This document shows positions 9,695 to 17,954 of a DNA stretch of 64,000 nucleotides, in pieces (position 1 is the first letter of the stretch; every line of letters starts with the position of its first letter). The position numbers were made by a program, and so were the translations under genes. The notes under the pieces were generated by a model. That model was not told the origin of the DNA, searched no databases, and was given only the letters and a program-made list of their open reading frames with translations. The stretch is taken from assembly GCA_022760355.1 (NCBI GenBank), contig JALEGB010000087.1, forward strand, positions 950 to 64,949, given 5' to 3'. The DNA comes from Neomegalonema sp. GTDB lineage: Bacteria; Pseudomonadota; Alphaproteobacteria; Rhodobacterales; Rhodobacteraceae.

Positions 9695-10030
9695 TCTTTC
9701 GGGACTATGGCGATAAACGCGCGCGGAATAAACGGATCGGACCCGGGGGCGGTACCCGGCGGCTCCACCAACTCCCTCCTTCCCGGTCATTGGCGGGCGG
9801 GGCGACAGGCGAGAGAGGGGCCGAAATAGGATCGACGGACGTGTAAAGGCGTTAGCTTTCGCTCGGCAGGGCGCCACCGTTATCGGCCCGCTATGTACAG
9901 TTGCCAATGACAACCGTGCTCCGGTGGCGATGGCTGCTTAATGCAGTCGGACACACCGAAACTTAAGTCCTAATCCTTAGCCGGCTTAGGCGGGGCTCGA
10001 AGGCGCCTGGCAACAGAAGCCTTCACTTTC
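9695..10030 (+). ncRNA. ssrA: tmRNA (ssrA), circularly permuted two-piece alphaproteobacterial form; outer ends approximate
   Basis: The acceptor-piece 3' end ...ACCCGGGGGCGGTACCCGGCGGCTCCACCA ends at 9770. It lies upstream of the coding-piece 5' end GGGGCCGAAATAGGATCGACGGAC (from 9817), which resembles the canonical tmRNA 5' end and can pair with CGGCUCC. A tag reading frame follows. Confidence 0.85.
9903..9941 (+). other. tmRNA proteolysis-tag reading frame (ANDNRAPVAMAA, then stop)
   Basis: GCC AAT GAC AAC CGT GCT CCG GTG GCG ATG GCT GCT TAA. The ANDN...AA pattern is typical of alphaproteobacterial SsrA tags. Confidence 0.85.
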
Positions 10031-10157
10031 CATTGCAGCGCTCCGATAATCGTTCCCATCGCGGATGTGCTTTACTGCCATTTTATTTCAGAAAAATATC
10101 TTACTAACTGGTAAAGCCTTCTCATCCCGACATGGATCTATAGTGTCCACGCCGCTG

Positions 10158-12650
10158 ATGATTGAGGGCGAATCGGTGTTAGTTCGAAAGTTAAAACGGT
10201 CGCTGGGACGGCTGAATGATAATCTGCTGCCTGTCACGAAGCCGATCCGACGCGTCCTGCCGCGGTGGCGGAAGACGAATGGCGAGCGGCTGCCGCTCGG
10301 CGCGAGGGTATGGCGGATCACAAAGTTCGTTACTGTGGCCCTGCTGTTGCTCGCAACCCCAGCGCTCGCCATCGTCGTATTCATCGCCATCCCGTCGCAT
10401 ATTCTGCCGCAGATCGCGCGGCTGCAGGGAACAGATGCGGATATTCGCGAATTTGACCGCACGCATCACCGCTCCCACAGCGCGCTGCTCTATGACGGGC
10501 GCGGCCGCTATGTCGGCCTCCTAACCGCCGACGCCGCCCGTGACCGGGACTATGTCACCCGGTTGCGCGGTCGCGTTTTGTGGGGCGAGCAGGTTTTCTT
10601 CAACGACCATAAGAGCGTGCCGGTTGAAGACGCGCCGCGCTATTTCCACGCCTGTCTCGCTTATTTGGAGGATCGCCATCGCGGCGGGTGGGACAACCCG
10701 TACGGCGTATCCTGGACCGGCGTCTCCAAAGTGCCTCTCAGCCTGCTCGGCCTGGGAAAAGGCGGCGGATCGACGCTGGAAATGCAGCTGGCCCGATCCA
10801 TGTGGCAAACCTATCCGGGGCAAGACAAGCGCAACAACACCACGCGCCAGGAGCGTAAATTCGCGGAGTGGGAAGCGGCGCCGCGTCTGCGACGCGCTCT
10901 GACGGCGGACTTCAAAGATGAAAGCCAACTGAGACGCTGGCTGAGCCAGCATATCGCGCTCGCCCAGGGGGCGGACAAGCAAGGGTCCGTCTATGGGGTC
11001 GAAGCCGTCGGGATGTTCGCGTTCGGCAAACGGGCCGCCGAGCTCACGCCGGCGCAGCAGCTTGTGCTCGCCGCCGCGGTGAAGCAGCCGCTGAGCTTTC
11101 GTCCTTCCGTGGCGAAGCGCAGAGACTTTCTCCGCTCGCTGATCGGCGCGCCGAACAAGCCGAAGCGCGCATTTCTTTGTACGCAGCCGGGCGCATCCTA
11201 CGATTCGCCGGCGGGACCGCAAAAGATCTTCCTGGATGAGCCGACCCGCCTCGCCGCGGCCAAGGAGCTCTCGACCCTGGCCCGAGACTATAAAGGGCCC
11301 TACCTGCATCCGGAACTGCGCGCCCTCGCCAAGCCGTTGGAAAAGCATCCTGCCGGCCCGCGCTTTGGGCCGCTGGCGCTCAGCGACTATTTCCTCGGAC
11401 GCGCGGCGACCGAAGCCGCGGCCCAGCTGACCGACTATTTCGCGGCCCATCCGGACACGGACCCGGCGCGCCATCTGTTCCGCGGCCGCCTGACCGCCGC
11501 GCGGCTGACCCTTGACGCCACGCGGAACCGCCCCTTCACCGAAGAGGCGCGCACACTGCTCAAAAGCTGGGGCGCGAAAATGATCGACGCCCGTGGCGAG
11601 GGATTCGACAAGGAAGTCCTCAAACACCTGCTGATCGCCGCAATCGATGAGCGAGGCCGGATCGTCCGCTACTACACCAGCAGCAGCGACACCCCTCTCT
11701 TTGGCCGCGCCGCCACCCGGCCGGAGAACACCTATAGCGAAGGGCCGTATGACCCTTCCCGGCAGCGGCGCATCGTTGGTTCGGTCTATAAGGTCGCCGC
11801 CGCAATGCTGCTCGCCGAGCAAGGTGCGACAAACCCCAACGAGATTTGGTCGAACGCCTGCTTTTACGGCATCACCAGCCGCTGCATGCGGCTGGCGAGC
11901 GGCGTCGGCTATCGCGCGAAAGTAAAAGCCCGGGTCGCGTTCGCGGAAAGCTTGAACGCCGCTGTCGCGCGCAAATTGGATGGCCCGGTTTCAGGCGGCC
12001 GGATGCGCGAATTCGCCAAAAGCCTCGGCGTCGAGGTCGACGATCCTTATGTGCGCGCGTCAACGAGCATGGCGTTGGGCCGGTATCGGACGCGTCCGCT
12101 GGAAATTCTGATGTTGATGAGCATGGCGCGCGCCTATGCCGAGGCGGATTGGACGGCGCCCATCGCCAAGCCTCATCTCATTACTGAAATAGAAGCGTTC
12201 GATGAGGCGAAGAGCAAAAAGCTGGGCTGGCGCAAAATTACCGGCGCGTCGAAGCCGCTGACCGACTATGTGCGCCCCAGCGCCAACGCGAAGAAAAGCG
12301 CCGCCTTTGTGCGCACGGTGCTCAGCGCGCCATTGTGCCAGCGCACGACAAAGCTCGTCCGCCCCACCTTACGCGGGCTCCGATCTTGGTGCGCGCGCCG
12401 AAACAAAGATGTCGCCGTCCATCTCGCCAAAACCGGCACCGTCCCCGGGCCGCCCAGCGAATATGGCCGGAATGAAAGAGATTGGTGGATCGGCGGCGCC
12501 ATCCGATTTCGCGACGGCCGCGCCTACAGCTATGTCGTCGCCCTCGGCCCCGCCCCGTCCGGCGGCTCCTTCGCCCGAGACCTGTCATCGCGCCAACTCG
12601 CGCCCTTTGTCGAGCTCCTCCTGGAGTCGCTCAAAGCTGACCATTACTGA
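10158..12650 (+). CDS. divergent bifunctional class-A penicillin-binding-protein-like protein (GT51 transglycosylase plus transpeptidase motifs), N-terminal TM anchor
   Basis: GT51-like motifs: LAYLEDRHRGG, GGSTLEMQLARS, RKFAEWEAA and GVEAVGMFAFGKRAAELTPAQQLVLAA. Transpeptidase triad: SVYK, SLN and KTGT. One TM segment (FVTVALLLLATPALAIVVFIAI). The start is uncertain: ATG 10065, ATG 10158, or GTG 10176 preceded by GAGGG. Confidence 0.75.
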   Translation: MIEGESVLVRKLKRSLGRLNDNLLPVTKPIRRVLPRWRKTNGERLPLGARVWRITKFVTVALLLLATPALAIVVFIAIPSHILPQIARLQGTDADIREFDRTHHRSHSALLYDGRGRYVGLLTADAARDRDYVTRLRGRVLWGEQVFFNDHKSVPVEDAPRYFHACLAYLEDRHRGGWDNPYGVSWTGVSKVPLSLLGLGKGGGSTLEMQLARSMWQTYPGQDKRNNTTRQERKFAEWEAAPRLRRALTADFKDESQLRRWLSQHIALAQGADKQGSVYGVEAVGMFAFGKRAAELTPAQQLVLAAAVKQPLSFRPSVAKRRDFLRSLIGAPNKPKRAFLCTQPGASYDSPAGPQKIFLDEPTRLAAAKELSTLARDYKGPYLHPELRALAKPLEKHPAGPRFGPLALSDYFLGRAATEAAAQLTDYFAAHPDTDPARHLFRGRLTAARLTLDATRNRPFTEEARTLLKSWGAKMIDARGEGFDKEVLKHLLIAAIDERGRIVRYYTSSSDTPLFGRAATRPENTYSEGPYDPSRQRRIVGSVYKVAAAMLLAEQGATNPNEIWSNACFYGITSRCMRLASGVGYRAKVKARVAFAESLNAAVARKLDGPVSGGRMREFAKSLGVEVDDPYVRASTSMALGRYRTRPLEILMLMSMARAYAEADWTAPIAKPHLITEIEAFDEAKSKKLGWRKITGASKPLTDYVRPSANAKKSAAFVRTVLSAPLCQRTTKLVRPTLRGLRSWCARRNKDVAVHLAKTGTVPGPPSEYGRNERDWWIGGAIRFRDGRAYSYVVALGPAPSGGSFARDLSSRQLAPFVELLLESLKADHY

Positions 12651-12662
12651 TTGGAGAGCAGC

Positions 12663-14435
12663 GTGAACACGTTAAAACAGCGCATTTTACAGCTTTGGGC
12701 GCAAGTTCTGAACGTATTTGTCACCGGATTCACTCTGCTATCCTTTTATGGCACATGGATCGGTCTGGCCGGCATTATCAATCTGGGCGACGATGAGAAA
12801 GGAACCGGCGACATCGTCGTGTTCATCCTTGTCGGTCTTTTGACCCTGGTCATGGTCTATGCTCTGCAGCAGTTCCTGCGTTATTTCGGCTCCTACAAAT
12901 CGATCATTCCGTTCGTGATGTATGTGCCGCTGTTGATCTTCAGTATCTCATTCGGTTTCGCCTTCTACTGGCAACGCCTCAACGCGAATGACGAAGCGGT
13001 TACCGCATCGACAAGCGGCCTCTCCACCATCGAGCAGAGCATAGATGGCGCAAAAGATCGGCTGGCCACGGTCCGTAGCGATATGACGGCGCTGGCCGCC
13101 AGTTTCTCCGACCTCGCCAAGGTGGAGCGGGAAAAAGGCGGCACGTGCGGCGACGGATCGCCCCCAGGCGCCGGCCCTCGCATGCGGCACCGGGATCGCC
13201 GTTCGGGCGAGATCAGCCGCAAAGTCTCCGAGCTCGCGAGCCGCTTTGACCGGCTGGACGGCCCGTTGAAAGAACTGGCCGACAGCCGCGCCGCGATCGA
13301 AGCCTATTCCCGTTTGCCGCAAAAGGAACGCACAGCTGTCAAGCGGGGCGAGCTGATCAAAAAGGCCGAGGCGACGGCGGCCAGCGCGGCGTCCAAGATC
13401 TCGCTGCTCGCGGGCGATCCTCTGATTGCGTCCACGGCGGCTACATTTGAAACATGGGCCAAGGAGTATACGGACCCGTCCCTGGTTCGCCGTGATGATC
13501 CGGCGGGGAGCCGCTATAAATGCGTCAGCCCGGCAGCGGCGACCAGCCTGCGCGCCGCAGCAACCTCGCTGCGTTCTCTGCCGAAGGTGGATGCGCCGCG
13601 TTTTGAGGCTTTTGTCGGCTCCGACGCCACGAAGGAGGCGCTTTTCCGCGTTGCACTGACGCTTTGGCCGTTTGGGCAAAACCCAGCCCCAGCAACGCCC
13701 GGAACCTCTGGCGCCCCCGCGCCGACAGTCGTGAACATCCCGGCGGGGATTGGCGACAAAGCGGAGGCGGAGTTCCGCAAGGCGGCCGAAAAGATTGCGA
13801 AGCTTGAGGAGGAGCTCAAGAGAAAGGAGGCGACGCCAACCGCGAAAGCCGCCGCCCCCGCGGCGACGAAAGGCGGCCTGAAACAGGCCGACTATTTCCC
13901 GCTGTTCGTCGCCAGCTTCGTCGACTTCATGCTGCTCATGTGCGCAGCGATGTCCGAAGATGCGAGGCGACGCCTCGGCGCCGCCGAGCGGCTCTATGAA
14001 GACTCGCAGAAAGATTCCGGCGTCGTTCTGGAGGTGCTGATCAAATCCGACCAGCTGCTGGAGCGTGAGGAATGGCGGCGCCTATCGAGATATCTGCTCC
14101 ATGATGATGGCGACTATTACTTCGTGGTCCCGCCACGCACGATAGGCGGCCAAACCCACGACGGCGCGCAGAACCTCACGCTCGCGTTGCTCGGCCAAGA
14201 CGTGATTGCTGAAACGACGAAAATTGACGCGGACCGGATCCGCGAAAAATTTAAGGCCGGCCATACGCCCGAAGGTCTGACGTCAATTGCCGACAGCGAC
14301 ATCGAAAATCTTGAGGCCTATCGCTTCCGGAAGAAGAAGCTGCTGCGGTTGGTCTATCAGATCATCGGCGACAAGCAGACGTCAGTGTCGAGAGCGCGGG
14401 ACGCACAAGAGGACGAGGAGAAGATGGACGCTTAA
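12663..14435 (+). CDS. hypothetical membrane protein: three N-terminal TM helices, long coiled-coil/Ala-rich region, fourth TM, C-terminal soluble domain
   Basis: The GTG at 12663 is preceded by GGAGAG and lies 12 nt after the PBP-like stop. The track's TTG at 12651 is an alternative start. TM strings: VFVTGFTLLSFYGTWIGLAGII, IVVFILVGLLTLVMVYAL, IIPFVMYVPLLIFSISFGFAFYW and YFPLFVASFVDFMLLMCAAM. No family was recognised. Confidence 0.6.
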   Translation: MNTLKQRILQLWAQVLNVFVTGFTLLSFYGTWIGLAGIINLGDDEKGTGDIVVFILVGLLTLVMVYALQQFLRYFGSYKSIIPFVMYVPLLIFSISFGFAFYWQRLNANDEAVTASTSGLSTIEQSIDGAKDRLATVRSDMTALAASFSDLAKVEREKGGTCGDGSPPGAGPRMRHRDRRSGEISRKVSELASRFDRLDGPLKELADSRAAIEAYSRLPQKERTAVKRGELIKKAEATAASAASKISLLAGDPLIASTAATFETWAKEYTDPSLVRRDDPAGSRYKCVSPAAATSLRAAATSLRSLPKVDAPRFEAFVGSDATKEALFRVALTLWPFGQNPAPATPGTSGAPAPTVVNIPAGIGDKAEAEFRKAAEKIAKLEEELKRKEATPTAKAAAPAATKGGLKQADYFPLFVASFVDFMLLMCAAMSEDARRRLGAAERLYEDSQKDSGVVLEVLIKSDQLLEREEWRRLSRYLLHDDGDYYFVVPPRTIGGQTHDGAQNLTLALLGQDVIAETTKIDADRIREKFKAGHTPEGLTSIADSDIENLEAYRFRKKKLLRLVYQIIGDKQTSVSRARDAQEDEEKMDA

Positions 14436-14480
14436 CCTCGCGTTTAGATTTACAACTACGCAACATTGAGGGGAAATCGA

Positions 14481-15041
14481 ATGTTGAAACATCACCTACC
14501 TGGCAAGACGATCTTAATGGAAGCGCCCTATTCTGGATATCGAGGGGGAATAGCTTCCGGAGATCTGAAAATGGAAGGCGACCTTCGGCATTTTGATTTC
14601 GGCGCCTATGCCGCTGGACATTCTGTCGACAGTATGTTGGCGCAGCTTTTCGCGGCGCCAGATCGTAGCCGCCGCACCCGCGGCGTTATGGTGCTGGCGG
14701 CGTCAAAACAGTCGCCCATCGTGCAAGAGCTGCTGGAGCACAGCACCCAGTTTCACCGCAACCGCATTCGGTGCCGCACCACCGTGATGCGTCAGGGGTT
14801 CTGGAACGGTTTGTTCGGTGGCGGCTCCAGCGGGGCGATCCAGTTTAAACAGCGCCGTTTCCCACGCATGGAGCAATTGCGCGAGATGGCGGCCTTCGGC
14901 AGCGAAGCAATCTGGCGCGGCGCTCCGCTCGGAGCCGCGCCGCTGCAACCAAACCAAGGCGAATGGATCTCGCGGTACAACGATCCCGAAGCGTTCGACT
15001 TTGCCATGATGTGCCTGGATACCTGTTGGTTCCCCAAGTAA
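14481..15041 (+). CDS. hypothetical soluble protein (186 aa), no recognised family
   Basis: The ATG at 14481 is preceded by GAGGGG (14468-14473) and lies 45 nt after the upstream stop. No signal peptide or TM segment. Its stop codon sits inside the first copy of a 17-bp tandem repeat. Confidence 0.5.
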   Translation: MLKHHLPGKTILMEAPYSGYRGGIASGDLKMEGDLRHFDFGAYAAGHSVDSMLAQLFAAPDRSRRTRGVMVLAASKQSPIVQELLEHSTQFHRNRIRCRTTVMRQGFWNGLFGGGSSGAIQFKQRRFPRMEQLREMAAFGSEAIWRGAPLGAAPLQPNQGEWISRYNDPEAFDFAMMCLDTCWFPK

Positions 15042-15075
15042 TCAGGTTCCACAAGTAACCTGGTTCCACAAGCAA
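15028..15075 (+). repeat. three tandem copies of a 14-nt core at 17-bp period
   Basis: GGTTCCCCAAGTAA (15028-15041), GGTTCCACAAGTAA (15045-15058) and GGTTCCACAAGCAA (15062-15075). The first copy encodes the last residues (WFPK) and the stop of the upstream ORF. Confidence 0.9.
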
Positions 15076-15444
15076 CGATGCGACGCCTCACGCCCCATCC
15101 TCCTCGCCCTTGGGCGAGCCTGCGATGGGGCGCGCAGGGCGTTGCGCCGTTTGCCCCTCGCTTCGACGGGTCTCTTCGAGCCAGTTCGATCAAAGGCCAA
15201 CCCAGACCACATGGCGATCGCCGACGCCCGGCGCGCAGTGCATATCACTTGGCGGAAGAGGCTTCAGCTGCTCGAATTCCGCTTCCCCCCAAGAAGAACA
15301 CGGCGATCAGACAGCTCAAACTTCCCGTTTCCGGGAGCTGGAGGAGCCTTTATCGACCTGCCGGAACCGTGTGAATGGTCCACCCCCAACAGCACCGCAG
15401 TCGCGCCGCCCAGTTTCACCCGAACGACGCGCGCGGCGGGCTGG

Positions 15445-17856
15445 TTACGCCATCCCGAGCAATCGGCGGAAAAATATGCCGAGATAGCCGCTGCCGAACG
15501 AAAACAGCTCGCCCAGCAGCCATAGCATCAGCAGCACGCCAGTCGGCCAGGCGACCAGTTTCATATATTGGAAATAGCTGGCGATCAGCTTCAGCTGCCG
15601 GGTGTTTTCCCGCGTCGCCTCGGCCTCGATCATCAACGCGGTGGTCTGGATCGTGCTCATGATCGTCTGCAGCCGCTCCCGCAGCGCCACAAGCCGTTGA
15701 CCGGCGAAATGGATCAAGTCGAAAGTCGGCCGCAAGCCGCGCTTCACGAATTGCTCATAGCTGACCCAGCCTTTGATGTCGCCGATTTCAAGCGTCGGGT
15801 AGAGGCGATCAAACTCACGCACAAAGCTTTGCGCCCGCTCAATCACGTACAACATCCGCCCAGAGCCGCCTTCGCCGACATTGTCCAGCTGCCCCGCCAA
15901 TGCGATCAGCTTGCGCTCGGATCGCGTGACCGCGTCATTCAGCTCATATATCCGCAGATCCTCAAGGTCCTGCTGGGTTTGATTGATGTCCGGCCGACTG
16001 TATTTCGGCCGCCCCAACCAATCCCGCGCCGGTTCGCGGATTTGCGGCGGCGCAATCCGCAGGCGATTTTCCGCCATCCGCTCCAGATGCCGTTGCTCAA
16101 TCAAGCGGCGCGTTTTGCTCCATTGCTTCAGCTCGTGATCCAACTCGCGGCCGAGCAGCTCAAGCAGTACGCCAGCGTTGCGCATCCGCGAATAGTTGCG
16201 CAGCGCGAACAGCCGCATGGTGGCGACGGCGTTGATCCGTTCGACGAATCGGCCGATCTGCTCCCGATGCGGCTCGCCCTTTGTCACGATCAGGAACCGC
16301 TGCGGCCGCGACGCTTCCCGCTTGAGCAGCAGCTTTTTGTGATGCGGCTCTTTCGCCACCGCATCCAGATCCCAAACCGCCTCACGCTCAGGCAACGAGG
16401 GGTCGACATCGGCCGGGAACCGACCTGGACCTTCATCATAGTCGTGAAATTTGCCGGTGGAGCCGAGGGCGCTGACATACAGCGCCCGCCAGCTGATGAT
16501 CCCGCATCCGACGAAGCTGCGATAGTCCGCCCAGGGCGACATCCGCCGCAAGAACGGCCAGAGGGACTTGAGAACCGTGTTGCCCTCATTGCTTTGCGGA
16601 TCGAACTCATCCAAATCGCCCACGCCCGTCGTCCCGACATTCGGATCTGGGCGCCAGGGCGTGGAGTCGTCGTGCGACGGCGCGGCGCCCATCTTGTTGA
16701 GATCTCGCAGCCCCTTCGTCGCCGCCTCGCGATTGACATCCGAGACGGTGCGCAAGCCGCGCATGGACATCACCAGCCCGCGAAAATCGGCGAAGCGATT
16801 GATCGCCCAGCCATTCTCATCCTCATCGTCGCGCCACTGCACATAATCGTCAATGTCGGCGGCTTCACGCGCATACTCATCGGCGTTTTTGGCGGTCATA
16901 TGCCCTTTGTTCAGCGCGAACTTCAGGCCAAAATCGCGCATAAACTCACGCCACACGCCTTCATACAGATAGTCCGCGGCGTCTCTCAGCTTCGCTGCGC
17001 GCGTTGGATCGACGTCCTTCTCCGGCAACCGCCATTTATCAACCGCGCCGCTAACCATCTGATTATGCGACGTTTCGCGGATAAGATCGACATAATCGAT
17101 GATGTGCTTGCGTCGGCGCGACGCGCCGTCGGCCACGCGGCCGGCATGATCGATCTGCTCGCCGCCATAGGGTTTGAGCGCGTCGATATAGAATGCGATC
17201 GTCGCGTGATCACGGTGCATCTGGCATTCGACGCGCACGCGAATATCGCTTTCATCCGGCAGTGGGCGCTCGCGTTGAGCCGGCTCGGCGGACGCCTCGG
17301 CGCCAATTGCGCTATCTCGCCACCAGATCGTAAAGCCCACATGTCGCGGCTCCGGCCGCCGGAAGTTCCACGGCCCGCTTTCGATGCCGTCCCCCTCGCC
17401 GCCATCGCCCGCTGCGCGCGCATCGGAGCTGTGATCGACGAATTTTTTGAACTCGAACTGCTCGATCGCGGCGCCCGCAACCCGCCCGCGCTTCTGCAAG
17501 GAAACCAGTAGCGCGTTCAGCTCGCTGCAGAACAGCTCTTGGGCCTTCTCATAGCCACGGAACCGCCGCTCCAGCTGCGCGAGCGGATTTTCGGCGTTCT
17601 CTTCGCCATCAGCGATGCGCCCGCCCGCTTCGCCAAAAGCGCGAGAGGGCCAGACGCCCATATGCCAAACGAGAGTCGGCGATCCGATCGCCGGGGCTTT
17701 ATTTTGATGCCCGACCTGCTGGATTTCATTATAGCGGCCGGCATAGGGCCAAATCGCCCCATTCGTCGCCGCAAATTCCTTGAACGCGTTCGCCGCACCT
17801 GCGACCGCATGTTCGGACGCGCGCGAGCGCCCCCATAGAGACCGAAAACGAAGCAT
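15445..17856 (-). CDS. expanded DUF3422-like membrane-anchored protein (803 aa)
   Basis: The ATG at 17856 is preceded by GAGGGAGGG. The track start at 17871 is a TTG. Three strings recall DUF3422 proteins: RVECQMHRDHATIAFYID, IGRFVERINAVATMRLFALRN, and the CorA-like C-terminus (...GLRPTFDLIHFAGQRLVALRERLQ...TRENTRQLKLIAS followed by hydrophobic VAWPTGVLLMLWLLGELF). It is roughly twice my remembered typical family length. Confidence 0.6.
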   Translation of the reverse strand: MLRFRSLWGRSRASEHAVAGAANAFKEFAATNGAIWPYAGRYNEIQQVGHQNKAPAIGSPTLVWHMGVWPSRAFGEAGGRIADGEENAENPLAQLERRFRGYEKAQELFCSELNALLVSLQKRGRVAGAAIEQFEFKKFVDHSSDARAAGDGGEGDGIESGPWNFRRPEPRHVGFTIWWRDSAIGAEASAEPAQRERPLPDESDIRVRVECQMHRDHATIAFYIDALKPYGGEQIDHAGRVADGASRRRKHIIDYVDLIRETSHNQMVSGAVDKWRLPEKDVDPTRAAKLRDAADYLYEGVWREFMRDFGLKFALNKGHMTAKNADEYAREAADIDDYVQWRDDEDENGWAINRFADFRGLVMSMRGLRTVSDVNREAATKGLRDLNKMGAAPSHDDSTPWRPDPNVGTTGVGDLDEFDPQSNEGNTVLKSLWPFLRRMSPWADYRSFVGCGIISWRALYVSALGSTGKFHDYDEGPGRFPADVDPSLPEREAVWDLDAVAKEPHHKKLLLKREASRPQRFLIVTKGEPHREQIGRFVERINAVATMRLFALRNYSRMRNAGVLLELLGRELDHELKQWSKTRRLIEQRHLERMAENRLRIAPPQIREPARDWLGRPKYSRPDINQTQQDLEDLRIYELNDAVTRSERKLIALAGQLDNVGEGGSGRMLYVIERAQSFVREFDRLYPTLEIGDIKGWVSYEQFVKRGLRPTFDLIHFAGQRLVALRERLQTIMSTIQTTALMIEAEATRENTRQLKLIASYFQYMKLVAWPTGVLLMLWLLGELFSFGSGYLGIFFRRLLGMA

Positions 17857-17860
17857 GAAT

Positions 17861-17892
17861 CCCTCCCTCAAGTTTCACCTTCGAGGGGAGGG
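17861..17892 (-). promoter_or_regulatory. hairpin sequestering the Shine-Dalgarno of the DUF3422-like gene (or attenuator after the AIPR gene)
   Basis: The minus-strand RNA reads CCCUCCCCUC-GAAGGUGAAACUU-GAGGGAGGG-AUUC-AUG. Seven contiguous G:C/A:U pairs (17861-17867 with 17886-17892) are extended by two more pairs across a 1-nt bulge. The 3' arm is the SD itself. Confidence 0.5.
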
Positions 17893-17954
17893 ATACACGC
17901 ATACTCCAATCGGTTTCAATGATTCGAAACGCGCCAGAGGGCGCAAAACCGGAC

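Noticed and set aside
9580-9913. Track ORFs 9580..9846 (+) and 9686..9913 (-)
   Set aside because: They overlap the tmRNA gene. The region is better explained by the permuted ssrA, with its encoded CCA end, canonical 5' end and tag frame.
10096-10109. Possible att-like direct repeat (ATATCTTACTAACT versus ATATCCTTACTTATACT at 19883-19899) bounding the accessory block
   Set aside because: It is short, AT-rich and needs three gaps, so chance similarity is likely. It is kept only as a note inside the island finding, not called as a feature.
10521-11822. 433-aa ORF on the minus strand
   Set aside because: It is antisense to the PBP-like gene, whose frame contains ordered GT51 and transpeptidase motifs. 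The antisense translation is Arg/Gly/Ala-rich.
15568-17511. 647-aa ORF on the plus strand
   Set aside because: It is antisense to the DUF3422-like gene. The translation is Arg/Pro/Gln/Leu-rich with no motifs or hydrophobic pattern, as is typical of shadow frames in high-GC DNA. The minus-strand product has normal composition, family-like motifs and a proper RBS.
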